From NCBI GenBank assembly GCA_964016885.1, contig OZ024743.1:180110001-180174000 (forward strand): 64,000 nucleotides of DNA, in the 5' to 3' direction. This document shows positions 23,767 to 35,246 of the stretch, in pieces. Both the position numbers and the translations under genes were made by a program. How positions within the stretch are numbered: position 1 is the first letter of the stretch; each line of letters opens with the position of its first letter. Origin of the DNA: Eledone cirrhosa (Eukaryota). The notes beneath the pieces were generated by a model, which was not told where the DNA came from, made no database searches, and worked only from the letters and a program-made list of their open reading frames with translations.

Positions 23767-23822
<56 letters not shown>
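23767..23822. repeat. (ATT)n microsatellite, right boundary of the retrotransposon stack
   Basis: Direct reading. Confidence 0.98.
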
Positions 23823-23823
<1 letters not shown>

Positions 23824-24300
23824 CCTGAAAAATCGTGACAAAGGGCCTTATCAAACGTAAACATCTCAAATTGATCCGGCCGGATCACAAGGCTGACCAA
23901 CACATCAGGCAGATGTTATGAAATCAATGTGTTTGTGGTCGACAGCTGGTATTTGCGATCGTTTTCTTTCGGCCATGACTATATTTCAGGTAGAGAGCTT
24001 GGCTTTACACCTACCATGAATTTTATGACAGATTGCTGAGGCCGGAACATTTCTGCATTTCTTGCATGCAATTCATCCTCTTGCCATCCACCACTCATGA
24101 AGACGACCCTGAGATGCTTGAATTTCTTCACCTGCTGTAGAGTAACCTCGCTCCAATGCAGAAATCGATCGAATGATTGTTGTTCAAATACAGTGGATAA
24201 ATGTCAAATGCAGTCACTTGATTCGCAGTCCTGTGATATACAACTGCTTGTGAATCAATTACAAGATAGAATAGACATCATTTTGATTATCTTGTCATAT
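23823..24300 (-). mobile_element. Old RTE-like LINE 3' fragment
   Basis: Minus-strand VTLQQVKKFKHLRVVFMSGGWQEDEL resembles the RTE 'EQV..FKYLG' block. It shares CAAATTGATCCGGCCGGAT with the RTE ends at 38330-38735. Confidence 0.55.
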
Positions 24301-24559
24301 ACCCACCTAAACAGAAAATATGTATCTGTAGATACTAGAAACCGTTTGAAGAATACATTCTAATCTAACGTATCACAGACCATCTTGTTAGGGCTGTAAT
24401 TCAAACATAAATAAAGAAACGAATATAATACAGTACGATATGAGAAGCATTTTAAATGAGGTAAAGAACCAAGTCCTTATCCTAATTGTGAGTAAAGTAG
24501 TTTTCCTCAGATATTCCTACGGATTTCAATACGAGCAATAATTCATCCTTCAATGTTGC

Positions 24560-24815
24560 CCCGTCAAAAACGATGCAAAGAAATTCTTTCCATTGATACA
24601 TCATTAGGAAATGTTTGTATTATGATGTAAAGCTGTTTATTTGGAAGAAACGCTCGGCAAATAAATATCTAACAGCTGAAGAAACTATGTCTAGAAGATT
24701 GATGTTGGAAAAACGAAAAGGAGAAAGAAACATTTCATTAGCCAAGGCAACTTTGCAAAAATTTGAACTAGAGTAAACGTATGCTAATGGTAATGTCCAA
24801 AACAAATAAAACCAC
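24560..24815 (+). pseudogene. Possible ancient L1-type ORF2 C-terminus
   Basis: ILSIDTSLGNVCI (frameshift) KLFIWKKRSANKYLTAEETMSRRLMLEKRK...stop, then AATAAA; resembles the K..IW..R tail of L1/Tx1 ORF2. Confidence 0.3.
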
Positions 24816-25202
24816 ACATCTGAACTATTAACAAAACATGATTGGCATACATTTAGCTAAGAGACATTTTGTGTGAATATGTGTGTATGTGTGTATGTAT
24901 ATATATGTGTGTGTGTGAGTGTGTGTGCGTATGTGTATCAAAAACAAGAAATATCAAGGAGAAACTAGGCTAGGGCTAAAAACAAGCTAGTAATGATCTG
25001 TGCCGATGAAATACGACACATGTATAGATATATGAGTATATCTCTCTTTAATCTGTCACTACTCATGGATTCTCACACTGCGTTTGTCAGCCTCTTAAAT
25101 CATCACAAAAAGAGAAAAATCCGAGTAGCAATGAATAAATACATAATCATATACTGTACTGCGTCTTTGAAAACAGTCTCTATCTCTCTTTATATATATA
25201 TA

Positions 25203-25751
25203 CTAGCAGTGGTACTCGGCGTTGCACGGGATAACGTATTTTGAAACGCGGGCCGCCAACATACCTAATCATGGAAAAACTGCATGCCTAGACAATAGGG
25301 GATCAAGAAAATGAATTTTTTTTATGTGCATAATATGCCTTGAAATTTCCGGAAAATCGGCTAGACGTAACGCCTCAAAAAATCCCTAAAAAGCTCAAAA
25401 TATAAAGTGTTCACCTAATGCGGGCCCTAGGCCATAAACAAGTTGGACTTTCTTTGTCACGGTATGAAGAAGAGACTGACTAATACGTAGTTACAATTTC
25501 AAGGAAATCGGTCTCACGTAACGCCTCAAAAAAACCCTAAAAAGCTGAAAAAAAGCAGTTTTTCACCTAATGCGGGCCGTAGGGGATCAAAAAGTTGAAT
25601 TTGTTTATGTGCATGACACGCCCTGAAACATAAGTATTACACATGCAAGGTTTGAAAAATATCGGTTAGGTACTTCTCAAGTTTTAGGGATTCAAACTCA
25701 CAGACACGCAGACAGACACACGCACAGACACACGCACAGACACACACTCAG

Positions 25752-25837
<86 letters not shown>

Positions 25838-25848
25838 ATATATATAGA
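25203..25848 (-). mobile_element. Non-autonomous Helitron
   Basis: Minus strand starts TCTATATATATAAAACTG and ends with GC hairpin CCCGTGCAACGCCGAG, then CTAG. Inserted between A and T. Internal ~150-bp duplication (25350-25430 / 25503-25583) and a (CA)n tract. Confidence 0.8.
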
Positions 25849-25978
25849 TATGTATATGTGTGTGTGTGTGTGTGTGCATGCGTGCGTGTCTATGAGAGAA
25901 AGATCTGTGACATCCCGAAAACAGAAAGCGAAGCCGCTTCTGCATATCCCCATGTTACCAGGTCTTAGCACCACAGAT

Positions 25979-26018
<40 letters not shown>

Positions 26019-26021
<3 letters not shown>

Positions 26022-27025
26022 AGATAGAAAAATGCGTACAGCAAAAAAAAGTAATATTGTTGGAATATAAACCTTTAAAAATACAGGACAAGAAACTAAA
26101 ATAAAACTTTAAAAGAATAGGACAAGAAACTAAGATAAAACTTTAAAGAATTGGACAAGAAATAAAAAAGTTTACAATAATATTAGTGGCAAAATTTTTA
26201 TTGGTAAAAAATCGAGTTCCACATTCATAGGCTCTGGGTTCCACATTCAGAGGTCGTCGTCAGACCGGGGATCATTTGATCCTGGTTTGAACACCAATTG
26301 GGCCATAACCATACCCCTATTTCATCATTCGGCGACACGCCTCATGTGTCATGCATAATGTGAATGGACCCATGGGCCCATGAGCACAGATCTTGAGCAG
26401 CAGCGGACGGTCTTGTCGTCCCGCTCATCCTTGATCTTGACCAACCCGTCCATCTTCTCCTTGCATCTTGTCCTTGAGTTCAAGTCCGGCAGTCCAGATG
26501 AATGCGTGCCACAGCTTTCTGGTACAGGAAGGGGGAGCAGGAGGACTGGAGGGATCACGGGACAGAAGGAGGGAGGTGCCGTAGTCGGTGGTCATAGTCG
26601 ACATCTTGTCCCGGTCGTCTTCTCCATCTTCGTCTGGCGTTGCGGGACCAGAAGTGCATTCTTGGAGGAGACCTGCAGCTACATCGGCCAATTCTTCTTG
26701 CACTGGTCGTTCTGACGGAGCAGAACTGCTCAGCCAACCTACCCAACCAGAACCAACCGCTCAGGGGTAACGCACAATGAGAGCATGACAATTATTATGC
26801 ACTAATCAAGAAGATACTGGGGCATAGCACAGGAAACGAATAAAAAAATGTTGCCACTAATATTATTGTAAAGTTTTTTATTTCTTGTCCAATTCTTTAA
26901 AGTTTTATCTTAGTTTCTTGTCCTATTCTTTTAAAGTTTTATTTTAGTTTCTTGTCCTGTATTTTTAAAGGTTTATATTCCAACAATATTACTTTTTTTT
27001 TGCTGTACGCATTTTCCTATCTGGT
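26019..27025. repeat. ~180-bp inverted repeats around a ~640-bp GC-rich core (probable PLE fold-back)
   Basis: 26019-26200 is the reverse complement of 26841-27025; the left arm abuts (TA)n. Confidence 0.85.
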
Positions 27026-27495
27026 CTACTATTTTTTAAGGCAATGCAAGCAACAACTATCTAATAATTAAAAGATCATAGTGAATTACTGACAAGTGAT
27101 TGACATTTTAAAGTTCTTTTGAGTATAATTGCAATCTAGTTGAGGCAACTGGCTTACTGACAAAGCTAGTAAATCATGAATGCATTTGAGATGATTAGTG
27201 CATAATAGTGAATTGGTGAAACTTGTGCATTTCAATGGTGTTACGGATAAAAACTGATACTGCTGTCTACGACCTTTATATAGGATTGTCATGTTTCTCT
27301 GTATCTGCAATGTGGGTATACAAAATAAGAATTATGATATTAACTTTTATTTAAAATCCCCAAAAATGCTGGGCATGAAAACTTCAAAAAGTAATTCTAT
27401 TTCTATTGCTCATACTAATTTTGTAAAAGATTTCAAGCCAATAATCAGAATGATCTGGTATAATTTTTATGCAGATAAATGACTAATTAGTATAA

Positions 27496-27561
27496 AGGGC
27501 CATCCAGATATCATGTGGACACCGCGAACCAAAAATGGTCACATGATATCTGGATGGCTCC
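27496..27561. repeat. Small hairpin / possible PIF-Harbinger mini-MITE
   Basis: Perfect 19-bp arms GCCATCCAGATATCATGTG / CACATGATATCTGGATGGC, with TAA on both sides. Confidence 0.55.
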
Positions 27562-27999
27562 TAAGCATCCCCTCCACATGGCGGGGACATGGGTCATCAT
27601 CGTGGAGCACTCACCTATTTTTTAAAATATTAGACTATGATAAATGAATTTAGTTAAAAATACAATTTGAAATATATTATATTACCTCCCCTTGTAATTA
27701 CCTCGTAATTACCTCCCCTAGCGTCACGCTTAGTACTCACTCACTTGAACACAAGATTTATCAGCAAACTTTGATTATAAACTTGTTCCCGCTGGACCAG
27801 ATTTCTAGATTTTTAAGCCAAAAGATGCGTAATGATCTACTGTTCATGCTCATATAAGTTTTATCTCACTTAAATAAAGTAGACCCGCGCTGTACTGTTG
27901 TAAACAGACGATTGCCAACGAAAACACGACCACAAAAATATTACTAAACGGACTACCGTCCGTTTAGGATATATATATACATATATATATACACATATA

Positions 28000-28575
28000 T
28001 TGCACACTATCTTAAACATTTATAACAATTATAACATGCTTTAACATCCCACACAATATATGTTTATTTCAACTGCATTATAACTCTTTCCTCATACATG
28101 CCTTATTGACTGTATTGACTCCTGCATTGTACACCAATTTTCCTTGCTTGTAATTTGTTTTTGCCTGTATTTTTTGGCTTGTGATTTTCGCTTATACGTC
28201 TTACACTTTCAACCAGTGCTGCATGTAATTGTGTTCCCTCAAGCAGAATATCTCTTTAACTCCTGACTCTCCACATGTTGCCTATGACACTAACAAAAAT
28301 GATGTCCCCTAAATGTTCTAAATGACTAGGATTTTAGTAACATGTTTCAACATTCCCTATGCTCCGATGAATGCAGACATCCCTCTGGAAGAAACAAGTA
28401 TCAGCAAATAAATGTTCTAAACTAAAATTTGATCGTTTTAACACTTTGTATCTCGGCTCGATAAAACACTTGAAAATTTGCATTGAGCCTTTTGTCATAC
28501 CGGTAACCGGCTAGTACTTAGTACTGCCCTCCATATTTATAGTTGTATCAAACATATAAATATAAATATTCTTAT

Positions 28576-28578
<3 letters not shown>
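28000..28578 (+). mobile_element. PLE 3'/pLTR remnant with degenerate hammerhead (28361-28405)
   Basis: GCT CCGATGA ... GAAAC AAGT ATC AGC then AATAAA, between two (TA)n tracts; same layout as 57133-57238. Confidence 0.45.
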
Positions 28579-28671
<93 letters not shown>

Positions 28672-28828
28672 TGAGGAAGAGAAATATACACGGATGTATA
28701 TAGAAGATTATATTAATAAAAGGAATTCCAACTTTGTCTGATTTACTCGTTTTATTTGCACTCCTTTAAAATTTATAATGGTATTAGAATGAAATAGTAT
28801 GGTAGAATATTAAATGTTAAGTGTTAAT

Positions 28829-28867
28829 TGAACAAGTACTTTCATGCTTTCGCAATCTTCAGGTTCA
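28829..28867 (-). ncRNA. Minimal type I hammerhead ribozyme (inverted copy)
   Basis: Reverse complement of 28926-28964. Confidence 0.8.
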
Positions 28868-28925
28868 TAATGTGTGGTGACAGTCAAGTTTACAATTTTC
28901 AACTGTGTTGAAAATTGCAAACTTA

Positions 28926-28964
28926 TGAACCTGAAGATTGCGAAAGCATGAAAGTACTTGTTCA
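28926..28964 (+). ncRNA. Minimal type I hammerhead ribozyme
   Basis: TGAAC CTGAAGA tTGC-gaaa-GCAt GAAA GTAC TT GTTCA: 5-bp stem I, intact core, palindromic stem III. Confidence 0.8.
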
Positions 28965-28974
28965 ATTAGCACTA

Positions 28975-29040
<66 letters not shown>

Positions 29041-29046
<6 letters not shown>

Positions 29047-29988
29047 GACAGGGAGGAAGAAAAAATGACTTCACTTGTGCTTTCAACAAATTTATTTTCT
29101 TCACAAAATCCCAAAAGAATTTTTTTCCGGACTTTTTCCCCCAAAAAAAATTATTTTATAAATTAAGTTGTTGGTTGTTGGTTAGGAGTTCTTGGTTAAC
29201 GTAGGAGGTATTGTTTCGTTTTTAGAACGACCTTTCACGCTGAGGTGCGCTTGTCAAACTGATGTGTATGTGGTGTGTTGTTCTATATTTAGGGATTTAA
29301 CATGTCTGTGGTGTGGTGGGGTTTTTTTTCTCCCCCTTTAATAAGTGTATGGGTGTAGGTGTGTTGAAAAAGTGTTAATAGCAGTAATGAGTTGAGACGG
29401 TGAGTAGGGTTGGGTGGGGAGAAATGTAGCAAGTGCGGCCTGCCCCGGTCATTCTCGAAAAATTCCTTTATTCAGGGCAAAAAGCTTTTAGTATTCCTTT
29501 GTGTTCAGAATGGTCACAGGCACATCGCACCTGCCAAGTTTGTAAACAATTATTTTTTTCTGAAGAATTTTTCTACGTCCATCCCAAAATTAGTCCTTTG
29601 TTCAACACACACATATGTGCGTATATACGTACATACACACACGGACATATATAGGAATATATAGGCACACACCATCAATCACACACCCATGTACATATAC
29701 ATCCACATACATACACAAAAACATATAAAGACACACATAAAGACACATATACACATACGTACACACACGAATATGTACTCATACCTCCACATGGGTATAT
29801 ATATATATACATACATACATATACATACATATACACACATAAAGATACATAACTAAATATACATATATACACATACACGCACATACACACATACGTGTAC
29901 ACACACACACACACACACATATACATATGTCCGTATATATACCTCCGTTCAGACATACATGCATACACACACACACATACATACACAC

Positions 29989-30028
<40 letters not shown>

Positions 30029-30345
30029 GCACACACACACACAGACAGACATGTTAAATTCCTATATATAGAACAACACACCACATACACATCAGTTTGA
30101 CAAGCGCACCTCAGCGTGAAAGGTCGTTCTAAAAACGAAACAATACCTCCTACGTTAACCAAGAACTCCTAACCAACAACCAACAACTTAATTTATAAAA
30201 TAATTTTTTGGGGGGGAAAAAATCCGGAAAAAAATTCTTTTGGGATTTTGTGAAGAAAATAAATTTGTTGAAAGCACAAGTGAAGCCATTTTTTCTCCCC
30301 CCCCTGTCTTAATATACCTAACTGTACCAAGGATTACACACATTT

Positions 30346-30350
<5 letters not shown>
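29041..30350 (+). mobile_element. PLE remnant with 5' inverted pLTR copy
   Basis: 29041-29309 is inverted relative to 30045-30316. Decayed endonuclease-tail-like sequence (..HRTCQVCK) at 29430-29560. (TA)n on both sides. Confidence 0.7.
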
Positions 30351-30388
<38 letters not shown>

Positions 30389-30554
30389 CATACACACACG
30401 TGCAAAAAGTAAACGGAAAGGAGAAAACAAGCAACACATTACAATGACCAAGTATGTTAACGCTTGATATAGTCCGAAAGGTTTCTTTACAGTTCAGACC
30501 CTAGTCGTTCAGCAGAAGATAGAATGAGAAATACGATGAAATAGAAAGATAGTG

Positions 30555-30769
30555 CTTTCTTATATAGGCACAAGGCCACCAATTTTGGGGGAGGGGAAGG
30601 GCGATTAAATGGACCCGAGTGCGTGACTGGTACTTTATTTTATCGACCTCGTAAGGATGAAAGGGAAAGTTAACCTCGGCGTGATTTGAACTCAGATCAT
30701 AAAGGGCCGTAACTCCATGCTGAAAAGCCTGGCGTCCGACTCTCTACTGATACCGCCAATCCACCACCC
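30555..30769 (-). mobile_element. tRNA-derived SINE
   Basis: Reverse complement of the 14270 family. Confidence 0.88.
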
Positions 30770-30831
30770 TTTATGAACTAGAAATATAGTGAGAAGTGGA
30801 AGGAATGCAATCATTGTTTTAAAAAACAGGC

Positions 30832-31253
30832 GTAGTGGAGTCTGTGCTGCTGTACGGGTCTGATACTTGGACACTGACCAAGAAACTCACTCAGATGGTG
30901 GATGGGTGCTACACGAGAATGCTGAGGATGGCTCTGGACATTAATTAGTATATACTGAGGATGAAAAACTCAGTGCTGTATGGGAGCCTCCAAAAAGTCA
31001 GCTCAAAAGTGACACAGAGGAGACTGAGGTTAGCTGGACATGCTCACCGACATCCAGAGTTAACACTGCACTCAGTGCTCCTGTGGAGCCCTGCATGGAC
31101 ACACTGAAAGAGGAAGACCAATGGTAACGTATGTTGATGCCCTAAGGACAGACAGTGGTCTGTTGGAGACGCAGGACATGGCAGCGATAATGAGGGAAAG
31201 AGACCGCTGGAGAGAACTCTTCCATGGATCTCGGGAATTTTACCCGCTCTAGA
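30832..31253 (+). mobile_element. RTE-clade LINE 3' fragment
   Basis: [35 protein letters not shown]; ends TTTTACCCGCTCTAGA + (TA)n. Confidence 0.88.
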
Positions 31254-31269
31254 TATATATATATATGCA

Positions 31270-31324
<55 letters not shown>

Positions 31325-31325
<1 letters not shown>

Positions 31326-31421
31326 GGTCAAGTATGGGTTCCTAATACCCACTCTACTAGCCTAAGTATTGAGTACTTTGGTTCGTTATGGTCCATCTGG
31401 TTCCTTACCACAATTCTTTCG

Positions 31422-31490
<69 letters not shown>

Positions 31491-31565
31491 TATATATATA
31501 TATTTATATAACGAATTAGCCGTCGAAACGGCTTGAGCTCAGCCGTCGGGGTCCTACTCGTTCCT
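31325..31565 (+). mobile_element. Two pieces of a short PLE-like family, split by (TA)n
   Basis: 31330-31422 matches the reverse complement of 49850-49935; 31513-31565 matches 50005-50055. Confidence 0.6.
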
Positions 31566-31657
31566 ATATTTATATATATATATAAAGAAAAAGAGATGAA
31601 ATCGAATATGCAACTGGAGTCTTATTTTTTTAAAAAATATATATATTTATTTGGTTC

Positions 31658-31693
31658 CTTTACCGGTTTCGCAGTTCTTCTGCTTTTCAAAAG
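31658..31693 (-). ncRNA. Minimal hammerhead, U3-A8 core variant
   Basis: CTT TTGAAAA GCAG-aagaa-CTGC GAAA CCGG TA AAG. Confidence 0.7.
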
Positions 31694-33112
31694 TAGAGTT
31701 GAGATGGAGGGTCTGTGGTTTTTCTCACATCTGGTTGGTCTCTGAATGTTACTTGTTTTATATGGAAAAAGTGGCTCGAAATGCCAGGTTTTTCGAGAAG
31801 TAATTTGATTGGTTGGTCAACAATTTTTATAAATTTCGCGCCAGTTCGCGTTACAATAGTTCTTCAAATAAGAGGGGGGTTGTCACAGGTTGTTTTTTCA
31901 TATATGAGTGTTTGAATTTCTTTTAACTTGAAAAAAGGGGCTCACGAAGGCTTTTTTGGGGATTGGTTATAAATGAAATTATGGCTGTCACGTGAACAAG
32001 TTTTCATTAAATGTTCGCGTCCTTATTTGGAAATCCATTCTGTATCCTTTTTAGAGAATTTTATAAGTAAAAGATAATGGTCAAGAGAAATGGGATGGGA
32101 GAATTGTTCTGGTTCAGTGAATATGGTTAGTTCGCTGGGGTGTCAGAATTCAGATTTTCTATTGAATAAAGAAAGTAAAAATATGTATGTTTATTTGTGT
32201 GCTTGTGTGTATGTGCGTGTGTGTGTTGTGTGTTGTGTGTGTGTGTTTGAATTTATTTTTACTTTAAAAAAAGTGGCTTTTTTTTAATAAACGTGATTTG
32301 ATTGGTTATAAATGAAATTTGGCTGTCACATGAACAAGTTTTCATTAAATGTTCGCGTCCTTATTTGGAAATCCATTCTGTAACCTTTTTAGAGAATTTT
32401 ATGACAAGGAAAAGATAGTGGTCAAGAGAAATGGGATGGGAGAATTGTTCTGGTTCAGTGAATATGGTTAGTTCGCTGGGGTGTCAGAGTTCAGATTTTC
32501 TATTGAAGTAAAGATATGTATGTTTATTTGTGTGCTTGTGTGTGTGTGTGTGTGTGTGTGTATTGGAAGATGATTCTATTAGTAGAAATGGTGGAGGGAG
32601 TTGTGTGTGTGTGTATATGGGTGTAATTTGTGTGTCTGCGAGTATGTTAAGATGGAGAGAATATATATTTTGTGTGTGTGTATATATTTGTGTAGGAAAA
32701 TGGTTCTATTTTAAATTAAGATGTCCAGAAATGGGAGTTGTTCTTGGCTGTATTCCATTGTGAATTGGATGTGGTTATTGATGCCGTTTATTAAATTTTT
32801 GAAATCCTTCAGTTGGTCGAGTGTGTGGGACCAAAGAATGAGACAATTATCCAAGTAGCGTTTCCAATTCTCTGATATTTGTGGAAGTTCAATCCGTATT
32901 TTGATTTGGACTGTTCATATATCTGGACTTCTAAGTATGCCATGACTAAGTTGGCATAAGTTGAAGTGGCTTTTGTACCCATCGCAGTCCCCGATATTTG
33001 CTTGTAAGTATTGCCATCGAAATCAAAAACGTTGTTCTGTAAGATGAATTTTAATCCCTCGGTGATGAAGCTTTTTTCTATTCTGTCAGGTATCTCATTG
33101 GGATATTTCTCT

Positions 33113-35246
33113 AACACCACAATACTCTAACCCCAATGAGATAAATGACGATATCTCACACTTCTGTAGAAAATTATGTCTCACAGAGGAATTCTTTTAC
33201 AAGGAGAATAACAACGAATCAATTGTACGGAATAAAAGCAGCTACAACCCAACAAAAGGTAGAAACAGAGTTCTGGACAAATTGTGTGACCACATAGCTA
33301 CCTTCCCATACCATGAACTACCGCAACCTAAACCCAAACCCAACACGAGTCGAAGGGAATGGGAGATTATCCATGAACTAAAAAACAATACGGACATTAT
33401 AATTAAGGAAGCGGACAAGGGAATTACTGTGGTCATTATGGAGGCTGAAAAATATAAAAATTCTATGTTCTCTCTCTTACAAAATACTAATTACTATGAA
33501 AGAGTAAAAAACTACCAGCAATAAAAAATAATGACCAGATTAAACACACTGTTTTATTGATACCAGGAAGACCTAACTAAAAAGGAACGCGATTATTTAA
33601 CAAATTTTGAATACAAAACCAGCAAACTTTACGGACTTCCGAAGATCCACAAATGTAAAATAATCAACGATGCCTGTAAACAATCCACCTCAGCCTGCGT
33701 GAACACACATACCCTACAGACCTTAAATTAAGACCAATTGTAGCGGGCCCACAATGTGAAACACACAGACTGAGCAACTTTATAAAAATATTACTGAAAC
33801 CAATTCTCAAACACATACCAAGCCTTGTAAGAGACGATCTGGACCTCTTAAACCACCTCCCCAAACATGTCAACAACGACACTATTATTGTGTCTTTCGA
33901 TGTAGTGAATCTCTACACAACGATCCCACACCAATACGGACTAGAAGCAATAGGATTCTGGCTAGAGAAATATCCCAATGAGATACCTGACAGAATAGAA
34001 AAAAGCTTCATCACCGAGGGATTGAAATTCACCTTACAGAACAACGTTTTTGATTTCGATGGCAATACTTACAAGCAAATATCGGGGACTGCGATGGGTA
34101 CAAAAGCCGCTCCAACTTATGCCAACTTAGTCATGGCATACTTAGAAGTCCAGATATATGAACAGTCCAAATCAAAATACGGATTGAACTTCCCCAAATA
34201 TCAGAGAATAGGAAACGCTACTTGGATGATTGTCTCATTCTTTGGTCCCACACACTCGACCAACTGAAGGATTTCAAAAACTTAATAAACGGCATCAATA
34301 ACTACATCCAATTCAGAATGGAATACAGCCAAGAACAACTCCCATTTCTGGACATCTTTATTTTTAAAAAAGACACAAATATCGAAACTGACATACACTA
34401 CAAACCAACAGATTCCAAACAATATCTGCTATTCACCTCCAACCATCCAAAGCACACGAAGACGAACATTCCTTTTAACCTAGCAAGAAGAATTTGCACA
34501 ATTGTCTCCAATTATGAAACGCGAAATAAAAGACTTCAATAATTAAAGGAAATTCTACTCGAGAGAGAGTACCCACTATTACTAATAAATAATGGAATAG
34601 AAAGGGCTAAAGCAATAGGCATTGATGAATTACGGAAACAGAAACAAATTCAAGGTACGTCCAATATTCTATCATATATCTCAACACACACCCCAAGAAA
34701 TGCGGAAGCTTACTAAAACAAAACCCAAGAATGAAAAAAGCCCTTGAAACACACAAAATAATCAAAAGCAAAAGACAACCAAAATCACTGAAAATATTAC
34801 TCACCAATGCCAAATTACCTACCACAAACCCACAACCAAGTATCAAAATATGTGGTCGCTCTAATTGTGGAACCTGCACTCATCTCATTGAAGGCAACAC
34901 GTATACATTTAAATCAGGACAAAATGTTACTGTAAAAAAACACTTCACTTGCTCATCAAAAAATCTACTTTATGCCATTAAATGTAAAGGATGCATTGAA
35001 GATTATATAGGAGAAACTAAACTCACACTCAGAAACAGAATGACAGTTCATCGCCAACAATTACGAGATCCAACCACGAGACAGATACCACTAAGTGCAC
35101 ATCTAGACATTTGCGCAAGTAAAAAGACACCCAAATTCCAAGTCTTCCGATTTTACCTTTGCGCTAACAATACAACAGAACAAATACGAATAAATAAGGA
35201 AAATATGTTTATTCAAAAATATAGACCAGCATTAAATATGGTTTAA
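33113..35246 (+). pseudogene. PLE RT + GIY-YIG endonuclease ORF, disrupted
   Basis: ORF fragments at 33282, 33890, 34222 and 34731. Confidence 0.9.

Noticed and set aside
1657-23822. Telomeric retrotransposon array (HeT-A/TART or TRAS/SART-like)
   Set aside because: Junction repeats are ATT, not TTAGGG or TTAGG, orientation is mixed, and nothing indicates a chromosome end.
26080-26170. CRISPR-like or regularly spaced repeats
   Set aside because: These are tandem AT-rich subrepeats without unique spacers, in a eukaryotic context with no cas genes.
30245-30290. Hammerhead in the 29041-30350 arms (GTGAAGA...GAAAGC)
   Set aside because: G at position 3 without compensation, and no convincing stems I and III.
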